From Candidatus Buchananbacteria bacterium (GTDB lineage: Bacteria; Patescibacteriota; Patescibacteriia; CAIXNZ01), in contig WJKP01000011.1 in the NCBI GenBank assembly GCA_014729025.1, positions 6,500 through 70,499 on the forward strand: a DNA stretch of 64,000 bases, given 5' to 3'. Positions 1 through 11,560 of this stretch are shown here, one piece after another; the stretch's first letter is position 1; each line of letters opens with the position of its first letter. Position numbers and translations under genes: made by a program. A model generated the notes under the pieces. That model did not search any database, had not been told where the DNA came from, and worked only from the letters and a program-made list of their open reading frames with translations.

Positions 1-65
1 ATATTGGATTATTATCATGTCATGCCAGACGCTTTATAATATTTTAATAATATAATAAAAAAAAC

Positions 66-1382
66 ATGAAAAAAGTTTTAGAAAAGATTTTAACTTTCTT
101 TGCAAAATTAATTTTAAAAAAGTATCAGCCGGAAATAATTGGTATTACCGGCAGTGTCGGCAAAACTTCTGTGAAAGAGACGATTTTTTCTGTTTTGTCA
201 TTTGAATATAATGTTCGCCGTAATATCAAGAGTTATAATAATGAGCTGGGCGTGCCTTTAACTATTATTGGTTCAGAAACCGGTGGGAGGAATTTATTTA
301 AATGGCTAAAAGTTTTTTATCGAGCCGTTAAATTATTGTTTTTTAATGATAAAAAATATCCGGAGATTTTGGTTTTAGAACTGGGAGCTGATAAAAAAGG
401 TGATATAGAATATTTGTTAAAAATTATTAAGCCAAAAATCGGTGTTTTAACAGCAGTCAGCGAAGCTCATTTACATACGTTTAAGGATTTAAAAGGTGTT
501 TTAAAGGAAAAAGAAAAAATCATCACTACTTTGGATAAAAATTCTATTGCTGTTTTAAATTATGATGATGAAAACGTAATGAGTTTGCAGGATAAATTAA
601 AAACAAAATTTTTAAGTTTTGGTTTTCAGGCAGGCGCTGATATTACAGCCGGTGAATTGCTTTTTTCCGGTTTGGAACAGGATTTTTGTGAAAGCCAATA
701 CCAGTGGGAATGTAAAGTTTGGGGGACCAGTTTTAAAGTTAAGTATAAAGGTTCAATCGTGCCGGTTTTTTTACCGCATTGTTTTGGTAAACAGCAGGTT
801 TATGCTGCTTTGGCGGCGTTTGCCGTGGGCATTGCTTATAAAATGAATTTGGTTGATATTTCCGAAGCTTTGCGCCAATACCGTCCGCCTAAAGGCAGGA
901 TGAATTTAATTGCCGGAATCAAATACACTTTATTGATTGATGATACTTATAATTCTTCACCTTTGGCAGTCAAAGCTGCCCTGGAAGTAATGAAAATGAT
1001 TGATTTGCCAGAAGGCAAAAGAAAAATCGCGGTTTTGGCTGATATGCTGGAATTGGGCGAGCGTTCAGCTGAAGCGCATCGGGAAATAGGTTTTAATGTT
1101 TCTGAAGCAGAAATTGATTATTTAATTACAGTTGGTCCGGAATCAAAATTAACAGCTGAAGCAGCGATTGAAGCTGGTTTGGCTAAAGACAATGTGCATA
1201 AATTTGAAGATACAGAACGGGCAGGTAAATTTTTACAAGATATAATTCAACCTGGTGATTTGATTTTAATTAAAGGCTCACAGGGTATTAGAATGGAAAA
1301 AATAGTAAAAGAAGTTATGGCTGAACCTGAAAAAGCCAATGAACTATTAGTTCGGCAGACAGGGGAATGGGCAAATAGATGA
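66..1382 (+). CDS. murF: UDP-N-acetylmuramoyl-tripeptide--D-alanyl-D-alanine ligase (Mur ligase family, MurF-like)
   Basis: 438 aa. N-terminal Mur-ligase P-loop 'IGITGSVGKTS'. Central and C-terminal Mur ligase domain architecture. Good length for MurF. Confidence 0.75.
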   Translation: MKKVLEKILTFFAKLILKKYQPEIIGITGSVGKTSVKETIFSVLSFEYNVRRNIKSYNNELGVPLTIIGSETGGRNLFKWLKVFYRAVKLLFFNDKKYPEILVLELGADKKGDIEYLLKIIKPKIGVLTAVSEAHLHTFKDLKGVLKEKEKIITTLDKNSIAVLNYDDENVMSLQDKLKTKFLSFGFQAGADITAGELLFSGLEQDFCESQYQWECKVWGTSFKVKYKGSIVPVFLPHCFGKQQVYAALAAFAVGIAYKMNLVDISEALRQYRPPKGRMNLIAGIKYTLLIDDTYNSSPLAVKAALEVMKMIDLPEGKRKIAVLADMLELGERSAEAHREIGFNVSEAEIDYLITVGPESKLTAEAAIEAGLAKDNVHKFEDTERAGKFLQDIIQPGDLILIKGSQGIRMEKIVKEVMAEPEKANELLVRQTGEWANR

Positions 1383-1523
1383 ATTGGGCAATAGTAATTA
1401 GGTATTAGTAATTAACTGTTAGTATTTGAAAATTTTATTTTTTTATGGTAAAAATTAAATTATACTTTGATTATTGTCAAAAATTTATTGGCTAAAATCA
1501 GGTATGATTTTTTATTTTATCAC

Positions 1524-1595
1524 GGCCCCTTCGTCTAGTGGTTAGGACGCCAGGTTCTCATCCTGGTAACACGGGTTCGACTCCCGTAGGGGTCA
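1524..1595 (+). tRNA. tRNA-Glu (anticodon CUC)
   Basis: 72-nt cloverleaf read by hand. Acceptor GGCCCCT/AGGGGTC (one G-U pair). D-stem GTCT/GGAC. Anticodon stem CCAGG/CCTGG with loop TTCTCAT. T-arm ACGGG-TTCGACT-CCCGT. Discriminator A. CCA not encoded. Confidence 0.8.
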
Positions 1596-1705
1596 TAAAC
1601 AAAAAAGAACGCAAAACACTTTTTTTTATTGACATAAAAATTAGTTATGATAAAATCTAGGTATGAAAAATCATATTTTTCATATTATTGTTAATTTTAA
1701 TATAT

Positions 1706-1939
1706 ATGGCTAAGCAATTTAAAATGCCGGAAATAAAGAATTATGGCATGGCAACAATCGGTGAACGAGGCCAGATTGTTATTCCCAAGGAAATTAGAGA
1801 TGAAATGAAAATTAAGCCGGGTGATAAGTTTTTGGTTTTTTCCAAGGCTAATATGGTAATTGGCTTTGTAAAACCGGAAAATTTTGATAAACTTATTAAT
1901 GAGTTTATAAGTCAATTGCAAGACCTGAAATCAAATTAA
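1706..1939 (+). CDS. AbrB/MazE (SpoVT-AbrB) family DNA-binding protein
   Basis: Swapped-hairpin motif region 'GERGQIVIPKEIRDEMKIKPGDKFLV', typical of AbrB/MazE/SpoVT. Start chosen at internal Met MAKQF. Confidence 0.55.
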   Translation: MAKQFKMPEIKNYGMATIGERGQIVIPKEIRDEMKIKPGDKFLVFSKANMVIGFVKPENFDKLINEFISQLQDLKSN

Positions 1940-1955
1940 AAAATAATTTATTTTT

Positions 1956-3692
1956 ATGAAATGGTTATTAAATAACTTAAAAAAATTAACCAAAAGCAAA
2001 TTGTTTTGGCTAATTGTGATAATAATAGCTGTTGTTATTATTATTTTAATTACTCGAAGCGAAGAAAAGGACGAGTATATTACTGAAAAAGTGCAAAAAG
2101 GTACTTTAACGCAAACTGTTTCTGAAACAGGGGAATTGCAGGCAGCTTCAGAAATAGATTTGAATTTTAAAGGTAGCGGGACAATTACAGAGATTAATAT
2201 ACAAGAAGGCGATGAGGTATCGGCTGGCGATGTTTTAGCCAGAATGGATGCCGGCCCCTTAGAAGTTCAGGTTAGGCAGGCTAGAGCTAATTTAGAGATT
2301 GCCAGAGCTAATTTGAATCGTTTTTTGGCAGGAGCCAGTGAAGAGGATATTAAAGTTAGCCGGGAATCAGTTAATAATGCCAAAATCGCCTATGAAAATG
2401 CCAAACGTGATCATACTGCTTTGGTTGATAAGTTAGAATCAGATATTGAAACTTATAAAAAAGCAGTTTCAGATGCTAAAGATAATCTGTTAATTACCTT
2501 GGAAACTGTTATGACTTATCCTGACCATTCTCTTGATATTGTTAAAAAAATATTTGAAGATGATGATTTGGAACCAAGATTTAGTGTTAGAAATTTTCAA
2601 TATAAAGATAACGCCAGCCGTTATTTTGATTTGGCTGAGCCGGTAGTTGAACGAGCCAATATTGCGCTTGATAAGGCGCAACAAAGTTTAGAAGCTGATG
2701 ATATTGAAAAAGCAGTCGATGAAGTTTCTACTGCTTTGGATCATGTTAAAAAAACACTTGATAGCATTTTTTTAGCTTTAACCGCTTCGACTACCAGTTA
2801 TTATTTTCCAGAATCAGCTTTAGATGCTTATAAATCGAGTATCAGGGCAGAACAGACAACTATTGATAACGCGATTGCTTCACTAAATACGGCTGAACAA
2901 ACCTGGAATAATGCAAAAAATAATTTAGTAGCCGCTAAAAATAATAAAGAATTACAAATCGCCAATTCACGGTCGGCTGTTGACAGTGCTTTGGGATCTT
3001 ATAATTTAGCCCAGGCTCAGTTAGACTTAAAAAAAGCTGCACCTCGTCCGGTTGACGTGGCTTATTATCAGGCGCAGGTCGATCAAGCTCAAGCAGCTTT
3101 AGATTTGGCCTTGGTTAATCTGGATGATTATATTATTAGGGCGCCAACTGAAGGTAAGATTGTTTTTGTTAATTATGATGTGGGTGAACAATTCGGAGTT
3201 GGTTTAACTACTGCTGAAACCAAACCAGTTATTACTATTTTAAGTAAAGGTGATTTTGAAATTGAAGTTGATGTTCCGGAATCAGATATTGTTAAAATTC
3301 AGATCGGTAATCCGGCAGTAATTACTTTGGATGCTTATGGCGAAGATGTGAAATTTGATGGTCAGGTTGTTTTTGTTGATTTAGCTGAAACTAATATTCA
3401 GGATGTTGTTTATTATAAAGTTACTGTTACTTTGGAACCAACAGATAAAGAGATTAAATCAGGCATGACCGCTAATGTCGATATTTTAACCAAAGAAAAA
3501 CAAGATGCATTATTTGTACCGGTTAGAGCTGTTAAAGAAGATAATAAGGATAATAAATATGTAGAGATTTTAAGTCTGGGTGAGCCGCAAAGAGTTGATG
3601 TTAAAACAGGTTTGCGCGGTGATCAGGGGTTAGAGATTATTAGTGGTTTATCGGAAAACCAAGAAGTAATTACTTATAAAAGAGAAAATTAA
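1956..3692 (+). CDS. HlyD/MacA-type periplasmic adaptor (membrane fusion protein) of a tripartite efflux system
   Basis: N-terminal TM anchor, long coiled-coil-rich middle, C-terminal beta-barrel-like region. Immediately upstream of an ABC ATPase and two FtsX-type permeases. Confidence 0.65.
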   Translation: MKWLLNNLKKLTKSKLFWLIVIIIAVVIIILITRSEEKDEYITEKVQKGTLTQTVSETGELQAASEIDLNFKGSGTITEINIQEGDEVSAGDVLARMDAGPLEVQVRQARANLEIARANLNRFLAGASEEDIKVSRESVNNAKIAYENAKRDHTALVDKLESDIETYKKAVSDAKDNLLITLETVMTYPDHSLDIVKKIFEDDDLEPRFSVRNFQYKDNASRYFDLAEPVVERANIALDKAQQSLEADDIEKAVDEVSTALDHVKKTLDSIFLALTASTTSYYFPESALDAYKSSIRAEQTTIDNAIASLNTAEQTWNNAKNNLVAAKNNKELQIANSRSAVDSALGSYNLAQAQLDLKKAAPRPVDVAYYQAQVDQAQAALDLALVNLDDYIIRAPTEGKIVFVNYDVGEQFGVGLTTAETKPVITILSKGDFEIEVDVPESDIVKIQIGNPAVITLDAYGEDVKFDGQVVFVDLAETNIQDVVYYKVTVTLEPTDKEIKSGMTANVDILTKEKQDALFVPVRAVKEDNKDNKYVEILSLGEPQRVDVKTGLRGDQGLEIISGLSENQEVITYKREN

Positions 3693-3694
3693 AT

Positions 3695-4423
3695 ATGGCT
3701 AAAGAAAAAAAATTAATCAAATTAATTGATATTTGTAAACAATACGAGAACGAGGAAGTCGTGACTAAAGTTCTTTATGATATTAATTTGGAAGTTAATA
3801 AAGGTGAGTTTGTGGCAATCATGGGGCCGTCTGGTTCCGGTAAATCAACCCTGATGCATATAATGGGTTTTTTAGATAAACCAACTTCAGGCACTTATTA
3901 TTATAAGGGTAAAAAAGTTAGTGATTTTGATGAAGATAAATTGGCTGATATTCGTAATGAAGAAGTCGGGTTTGTTTTTCAAACTTTTAATTTATTACAG
4001 CGAACAAGTGTTTACGATAATGTTAATTTACCATTGACTTATTCAGATAAAAAAATTGGCGATCAAGATGTTATTCAGGCAATCAAATCCGTCGGCTTGT
4101 ATCATCGTAAAGATAATTTATCAAATCAGTTATCAGGCGGTGAAAAACAAAGAGTGGCGATTGCCAGAGCTTTGGTTAATCGGCCTGAAATTATTTTTGC
4201 TGACGAACCGACTGGGAATCTTGATTCCCAAAGTGGCAAACAGATCATGGAAATTTTGCAGGATCTTAATGAAAAAGGTAATACCATTATTCTGGTTACT
4301 CATGAAAAATATACGGCTGAGCATGCCCGGCGTATAGTTAGTATTATCGATGGCAAGATTGTTGATGATTATCAGGTGAAAAAGCGTTTGATAGCTAAAG
4401 ATGAAAAATATTTAACTAAATAA
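3695..4423 (+). CDS. ABC transporter ATP-binding protein (MacB/LolD-like)
   Basis: Walker A 'GPSGSGKSTL', ABC signature 'LSGGEKQRVAIARAL', Walker B 'IIFADEPTGNLD'. Confidence 0.9.
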   Translation: MAKEKKLIKLIDICKQYENEEVVTKVLYDINLEVNKGEFVAIMGPSGSGKSTLMHIMGFLDKPTSGTYYYKGKKVSDFDEDKLADIRNEEVGFVFQTFNLLQRTSVYDNVNLPLTYSDKKIGDQDVIQAIKSVGLYHRKDNLSNQLSGGEKQRVAIARALVNRPEIIFADEPTGNLDSQSGKQIMEILQDLNEKGNTIILVTHEKYTAEHARRIVSIIDGKIVDDYQVKKRLIAKDEKYLTK

Positions 4424-4425
4424 TT

Positions 4426-5667
4426 ATGGATGTGGCTAATTCTATCAGAATAGCCTTGATAGGTTTAAAGTCTAAAAAGACCCGAACATTTTTAACAATG
4501 CTCGGGATTATTGTTGGTATTGCTTCGGTTATTATTATTTTATCAGTCGGTGCCGGTGCGCAGAGTTTGATTTTAAATCAAATCAGGGGATTTGGCAGTA
4601 ATTTGATTTCTATTTTTCCGGGTGCTTCAGAAGAAGAAGGTCCGCCGCCCACGGTTTTTGGTACGGTTAATACTGATTTAAAAAATGAAGATATAGAGGC
4701 TCTAATGAATTCTAAAAGAGTGCCGCATGCAGTGGCAGCCACTTATTATATTCAAGGTTCAGAAACTTTCAGATGGCGCAGTCAGCAGTTTGACGGTACT
4801 TATATTGCTACGACAGCTTCTTATTTGGAAGTACATGATGAAATACCGGCTAAAGGCAGATTTATAAATAAGCAAGAAGAAAAAAATTTAGCCAGAGTAG
4901 CTGTTTTAGGCAGTAATGTCAAAAAAGAATTATTTGATAATTTAGATGCTATTGGTGAAAAAATTAAGATTGGTCGGCACCAGTTTAAAATAATTGGTGT
5001 CATGAAACCTAGGGGGGTAGAAGGTTTTCAAAATCAGGATAATTTGGTTTTTATTCCGATTTCTACGGGACAAAAAATAATTCAAGGTATAGATTATGTG
5101 ACTTTAGCCAGGGTTAAAGTTGATTCACCTGATAATATTGAACGAACAGTGGAAGATGTTCGCCAGGTTTTAAGAGAAGAGCATAGGTTGGAAGTGGGTG
5201 AAATTGATGATTTTTCGGTTCGTTCTCAGGCGCAGGCTATTGAAATTTTTTCCGCCGTGACTGATTCATTGACTTATTTTTTAGCTGCCATTGCCGCTAT
5301 TTCTTTATTGGTTGGCGGTATTGGTATTATGAATATTATGCTTATAAGTGTGACTGAAAGAACCAGGGAAATCGGTTTGCGTAAAGCGGTCGGGGCTAAA
5401 AATAAAAATATATTAAATCAATTTTTATTGGAATCAGTCGTGGTTACTTTGGGCGGCGGTGTTGTTGGTATAATTTTGGGTATTTCGATTTCTTGGTTAG
5501 TGGCTTATATTGCTCAATATTTAGGGTTTGATTGGGATTTTGTGATTTCTTTTCTATCAATAATTTTATCAACTACTATTGCAATTATAGTCGGTATTGT
5601 TTTTGGTTTATATCCGGCCTGGAAAGCTTCTCAGCTTAATCCGATTGAAGCTTTACGTTATGAATAG
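4426..5667 (+). CDS. ABC transporter permease, FtsX/MacB family
   Basis: N-terminal TM, large periplasmic domain, C-terminal 3-4 TM bundle with 'REIGLRKAVGA' motif typical of FtsX-like permeases. Confidence 0.75.
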   Translation: MDVANSIRIALIGLKSKKTRTFLTMLGIIVGIASVIIILSVGAGAQSLILNQIRGFGSNLISIFPGASEEEGPPPTVFGTVNTDLKNEDIEALMNSKRVPHAVAATYYIQGSETFRWRSQQFDGTYIATTASYLEVHDEIPAKGRFINKQEEKNLARVAVLGSNVKKELFDNLDAIGEKIKIGRHQFKIIGVMKPRGVEGFQNQDNLVFIPISTGQKIIQGIDYVTLARVKVDSPDNIERTVEDVRQVLREEHRLEVGEIDDFSVRSQAQAIEIFSAVTDSLTYFLAAIAAISLLVGGIGIMNIMLISVTERTREIGLRKAVGAKNKNILNQFLLESVVVTLGGGVVGIILGISISWLVAYIAQYLGFDWDFVISFLSIILSTTIAIIVGIVFGLYPAWKASQLNPIEALRYE

Positions 5668-5714
5668 GTCGGTCATTGGTAATTAGGCGAGAGGTAATTA
5701 GTTAAAATTTATTT

Positions 5715-6971
5715 ATGATAAAAAAACTAAAAAATTTATGTAAGATAGCTTGTGGTTCACTTTTGCGGCATAAATTAAGAAGTGTTTTGACTATTTTGGG
5801 GATTACAGTCGGTATTACGGTAGTGATAGTAGTACTTTCAGCCGGGCAGGCCATTGAAGATTTTATAACCGGTCAGGTAAATCAATTTGGCACTGACTGG
5901 ATTCAGGTTGAAGTTAAAGTCCCTTCGGCGGGCAAAACTTCACTTGAAAATGTCGGGGGACTGGCCCAAGGCGTTACAATTACTACTTTAAAATTGTCTG
6001 ACGCAGAGGAAATAAAAGAGCATCCCAATGTCCGTGATTATTATGCTGGTAATGTCAGTCAAGAAATAATTAGTTATGAGGCACAAAATAAATTGACAAT
6101 GATTTTTGGAGTAACTGCTGGTTTTATTGATATCGATCCCAGTGAATTGATTCAAGGGCGATTTTATACCGAGGCTGAAGATAAGGGATTGGATAAAGTA
6201 GCTGTTTTGGGTTTTGGCATCAAAGATGTTTTATTTGGTCAAAGAGATGCAATTGGCGAGAATGTGAAAATAAATAAACAAAATTATGAAGTAATAGGTG
6301 TAATGGAAGAGAAAGGTAGTGCCGGCATGTTTTCCATGGATGATGTTGTTTATATCCCGGCCAGAACAATGCAAAAAAGGATTTTAGGCATTGATTATAT
6401 CACTTTTATTTTTAATCGGATTTATGATACTTCTATTGCCAGGCAAACAGCTGATGATATTACTTTAATAATGCGTGATCTGCATAATATTACTGATCCT
6501 AATCGTGATGATTTTCATGCTACCAGTGCACAGGAAGCTTTGGAAATGCTAGATACCGTGACCGGCTCAATCCAAATACTTTTATTGGCGATTGCTTTGA
6601 TTTCTTTGGTGGTTGGTGGTGTGGGAATTATGAATGTGATGTATGTTTCAGTAGCTGAAAGAACTTTTGAAATCGGTTTACGTAAAGCTTTAGGCGCTAA
6701 ATATAATAATATTTTAAACCAATTTCTAACCGAAGCAGTGATTATAACTTTTATCGGCGGGATTGTCGGTATAATTTTGGGCATTATTCTTACCTGGTTA
6801 ATTAGTTTTGTTGCCACCAATTATTTGGGTTTTGATTGGCAGTTTTATTTTTCAATCCAATATATTTTATTGGCAGCCGGCATGTCTGTTTTGGTTGGTT
6901 TGGTTTCAGGACTTTATCCGGCACGCCAGGCAGCTAGCTTGGATCCGATGGTGGCTTTGAGAAAGGAATAG
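5715..6971 (+). CDS. ABC transporter permease, FtsX/MacB family (second paralog)
   Basis: Same architecture as the previous gene. Motif 'FEIGLRKALGA'. Confidence 0.75.
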   Translation: MIKKLKNLCKIACGSLLRHKLRSVLTILGITVGITVVIVVLSAGQAIEDFITGQVNQFGTDWIQVEVKVPSAGKTSLENVGGLAQGVTITTLKLSDAEEIKEHPNVRDYYAGNVSQEIISYEAQNKLTMIFGVTAGFIDIDPSELIQGRFYTEAEDKGLDKVAVLGFGIKDVLFGQRDAIGENVKINKQNYEVIGVMEEKGSAGMFSMDDVVYIPARTMQKRILGIDYITFIFNRIYDTSIARQTADDITLIMRDLHNITDPNRDDFHATSAQEALEMLDTVTGSIQILLLAIALISLVVGGVGIMNVMYVSVAERTFEIGLRKALGAKYNNILNQFLTEAVIITFIGGIVGIILGIILTWLISFVATNYLGFDWQFYFSIQYILLAAGMSVLVGLVSGLYPARQAASLDPMVALRKE

Positions 6972-7016
6972 CTTAGGCGTTAGACATCAGGCAATTAGTC
7001 ACTCTGGACATTAGTA
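6972..7016 (+). repeat. Copy of a dispersed AATTAG/TAATTAGG-rich intergenic motif, directly after a stop codon
   Basis: 'gcttaggcgttagacatcaggcaattagtcactctggacattagtattg'. Related to motifs at 1392-1427, 5665-5705 and 45171-45217. Confidence 0.4.
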
Positions 7017-7036
7017 TTGTTAATATTTAAAATAAA

Positions 7037-7063
7037 TTAGCACTCGCTCTTGACGAGTGCTAG
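7037..7063 (+). promoter_or_regulatory. CIRCE operator (HrcA binding site) overlapping a sigma-A type promoter
   Basis: TTAGCACTC-N9-GAGTGCTAG matches the CIRCE consensus TTAGCACTC-N9-GAGTGCTAA in 17 of 18 positions. -35 TTGACG (7050-7055), 17-nt spacer, -10 TATAAT (7073-7078). hrcA ATG at 7086 implies a leaderless or near-leaderless mRNA. Confidence 0.85.
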
Positions 7064-7085
7064 TTTATTTTTTATAATGTAAACA

Positions 7086-7775
7086 ATGAAAGACAGACAA
7101 AAGAATTTACTTAATTTATTAATTTCCGAACATATAAAAACTGCAGCGCCAATTGGCAGTAAGCTTTTAAGTTCACGGGAAAACGTGTCTCCGGCGACCA
7201 TTAGAAACGAAATGTTTGATTTGGAAAAACAAGGTTATATTTATCAGCCGCATACTTCAGCCGGACGCGTGCCGACTGAAAAGGGTTATCAGTTTTATGT
7301 TGATAATTTTTTGGAAAAACGTGAGATCAAGTCAACCTGGCGCAGTTCTTTTGAAAAGGTTTTAAAAGCAAAATTAAATAAAGATTTGGTTTTGAAAAAT
7401 TTAGCCAAAAATGTGGTTGATTTGGCTGATGAAACAGTTATAGTGGCTTTTGATAAGCATAATATTTATTATACCGGTTTATCAAATTTGTTTAAAAAAC
7501 CCGAGTTTGCCGAGCAAAATTTGATTTGTAATATGTCCAAAGTGATTGATCACTTGGATGAAGTGGTTAATCAGGTTTTTGACAGGATTAATAAAGTCGA
7601 AATTTTAATCGGTTCCCAAAATCCGTTTGGTGATGATTGTTCTTCTGTTTTGGGTAAATATCATTTGAAAAACAAGGATTCGGGCTTGTTTATTATTTTG
7701 GGTCCTCAACGAATGAATTATGATAAAAATTTGGCTTTAGTTGAATATATTAAAGATTCACTCAAAGAAATTTAA
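7086..7775 (+). CDS. hrcA: Heat-inducible transcription repressor HrcA (short form)
   Basis: N-terminal wHTH 'LISEHIKTAAPIGSKLL...PATIRNEMFDLEKQGYI...TSAGRVPTEKGYQFYV' is diagnostic for HrcA. CIRCE immediately upstream. 229 aa is shorter than the usual ~340 aa. Confidence 0.8.
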   Translation: MKDRQKNLLNLLISEHIKTAAPIGSKLLSSRENVSPATIRNEMFDLEKQGYIYQPHTSAGRVPTEKGYQFYVDNFLEKREIKSTWRSSFEKVLKAKLNKDLVLKNLAKNVVDLADETVIVAFDKHNIYYTGLSNLFKKPEFAEQNLICNMSKVIDHLDEVVNQVFDRINKVEILIGSQNPFGDDCSSVLGKYHLKNKDSGLFIILGPQRMNYDKNLALVEYIKDSLKEI

Positions 7776-7817
7776 TTCAGCTCTGGGCTTTGGGTCTGGA
7801 GTTTAAGTTTATAATTT

Positions 7818-8285
7818 ATGAAAGATAAAAAATCACAAAAAGCAAAAATAGATATTGAAGAATTAAAAGCTAAAAGTGAAGAATATTTGGCTGGCTGGCA
7901 AAGAGCCAAGGCCGATTATGAAAATTTAAAAAGGGAGATGGATCAAAAAGTTTCGGAAATCGGCAGTTTTTCAAAAATTAGTTTATTAACTGATTTAATT
8001 CCGATTATTGATAATTTTTGTAAAGCGATCGAGCATGTGCCAGAAGATCAAAAAGATAAAGATTGGGTAATCGGTGTTTTTCATATCAAAAAACAATTGG
8101 AAGATTTTATGGTCCAAAACGGGTTGGAAAAAATTGAAACAGTCGGCCAGCCGTTTGATCATAATTTGCATGAAGCGGTTGGTAAAGAAGAAGGTGAAAA
8201 AGATGTTGTTTTAAAAGAAGTTAGTTCAGGTTATAAATTAAATGGGCAGGTAATTATTCCGGCCAAAGTTATTGTCGGAGAGTAA
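7818..8285 (+). CDS. grpE: Nucleotide exchange factor GrpE
   Basis: N-terminal coiled coil 'RAKADYENLKRE' and C-terminal beta-domain of GrpE. Synteny hrcA-grpE-dnaK. Confidence 0.85.
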   Translation: MKDKKSQKAKIDIEELKAKSEEYLAGWQRAKADYENLKREMDQKVSEIGSFSKISLLTDLIPIIDNFCKAIEHVPEDQKDKDWVIGVFHIKKQLEDFMVQNGLEKIETVGQPFDHNLHEAVGKEEGEKDVVLKEVSSGYKLNGQVIIPAKVIVGE

Positions 8286-8416
8286 TATTGATTATTAAGC
8301 ATTTATTGACGGTTTTATAAAAAATTATTCATTTTCCTGATAAACAAATAACTAATAAATTAATTTATAATTAATTCTGCTAAAATTTTACTTTTGGCAG
8401 ATGGGGGAAGACAGAT

Positions 8417-8875
8417 ATGGCTTTAATAAAATGGAATCCATTTTTAGATGACTGGCAGGATTTGGAAAAAGCTTTTCGTGATTTTCAGGTACCCAGTGAA
8501 AAAACTTTTATACCTGCTATGGATGTCTATAAGAAAAAAGACAAATTGGTAGTTAACGCGCCGATCGCCAATTTTGATCCAAAAAATGTTGATATTGAAA
8601 TCAAGGATAATGTTTTGACAGTCAAAGGTAAAACCGAGAAAAAATCAGAAGTTGATGATAAAAATTATTATCGCAAGGAAATCAAATCAGGCAGTTTTCA
8701 AAGATCAGTCTTATTGCCGGCTGAAGTTCAGTCAGATAAAGCTAAATCAGAATATGAAGAAGGTGTTTTAAAAATCATTATTCCGATTGCCAAAGAAAGT
8801 CAAGCAACCAAAGTCAAAACCACTGTAAAAAAAAGCAAAGCTAAAAAAGTTGCCAGTAAAAAGAAAAAGCAATAA
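8417..8875 (+). CDS. Hsp20/alpha-crystallin family small heat-shock protein with Lys-rich C-terminal tail
   Basis: Alpha-crystallin domain 'PAMDVYKKKDKLVVNAPIANFDPKNVDIEIKDNVLTVKGK...YYRKEIKSGSFQRSVLLP...EGVLKIIIP'. Confidence 0.8.
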   Translation: MALIKWNPFLDDWQDLEKAFRDFQVPSEKTFIPAMDVYKKKDKLVVNAPIANFDPKNVDIEIKDNVLTVKGKTEKKSEVDDKNYYRKEIKSGSFQRSVLLPAEVQSDKAKSEYEEGVLKIIIPIAKESQATKVKTTVKKSKAKKVASKKKKQ

Positions 8876-9014
8876 TCAAATGAAAGCCCTTTTTAAAGGC
8901 TTTCCGGATAAGTCAATTAAATAATTTAATTGCTTTATCCGGGGAGAATTTTGAAAAATCAGCCAAAAGAAAAAGCCCAGCCAGAGCCGGGCTTTGATGA
9001 GGTGAGAATTAAGC

Positions 9015-9323
9015 TTATTTTAGCTTTTTCCCGTTTAAGAATAATGAATGGTGAGGCGGGTCTTTCATGATTATGACAGGTAGGCTGATTTTTTGGCCGC
9101 CAGGGGCATGGAAATTTGCCCGGGTTTCAATACCGTCATCAGTCGGACGATCCAGATCAAAAATTGGCACGCCATTGACTATTATTTGGGCTAGTTTGCG
9201 ATCAGTTCGCTCTGACCAGCCCGGTGCCAATTTTCTGACAGCTTGGATTAACCCGTCATTGACATTGAAAAATTGTCCACCGATTCGTAGACCACCATTA
9301 TTCCGCTTGACCATTTCGCACAT
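9015..9323 (-). CDS. Hypothetical protein, GC-rich relative to neighbours, antisense to the heat-shock genes
   Basis: 102-aa ORF on the minus strand. Strong RBS (AAGGAGG 5 nt before ATG) and TATAAT box upstream on the minus strand. The segment is visibly GC-enriched (about 45%) against a background of about 30%. Confidence 0.45.
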   Translation of the reverse strand: MCEMVKRNNGGLRIGGQFFNVNDGLIQAVRKLAPGWSERTDRKLAQIIVNGVPIFDLDRPTDDGIETRANFHAPGGQKISLPVIIMKDPPHHSLFLNGKKLK

Positions 9324-9470
9324 TTTTCCCCTCCTTAAAAGATTAGCATGTAAGGATTATAACAGTTATCGGTTTATTTTGTCAACTAAATAGCAAATAT
9401 GGCATATGGCAAATGGTTTATAGGAAAATTATAAGCTATTTGCAATTTGCTATAAGCAAAAAAATAATAA

Positions 9471-11489
<2,019 letters not shown>

Positions 11490-11503
11490 TTAAATCTCTT
11501 ATT

Positions 11504-11528
11504 CTGCCCGGTAATTTTTATCGGGCAG
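11504..11528 (+). terminator. Stem-loop downstream of dnaK (possible attenuator or weak terminator)
   Basis: CTGCCCG-N11-CGGGCAG, a 7-bp GC-rich stem. No strong U tract follows. Confidence 0.35.
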
Positions 11529-11560
11529 GGGGAAGTGATTTAAATAAATAAATAATTTAT

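Noticed and set aside
619-846. 75-aa ORF in an alternative frame inside murF
   Set aside because: Fully nested in a well-supported Mur ligase gene. Low-complexity translation. Typical AT-rich alternative-frame artefact.
1697-1921. 74-aa minus-strand ORF antisense to the AbrB-like gene
   Set aside because: Overlaps a plausible AbrB/MazE-family CDS over its entire length. No start context.
8876-8915. Possible terminator after hsp20 (AAAGCC...GGCTTT)
   Set aside because: Only a 6-bp stem with a long loop and no U tract. Not convincing enough to list as a feature.
9067-9393. 108-aa plus-strand ORF in the GC-rich segment
   Set aside because: The minus-strand frame has a strong RBS and promoter and a more protein-like sequence. 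The plus-strand translation is Pro/Arg/Ser-rich with no start context.
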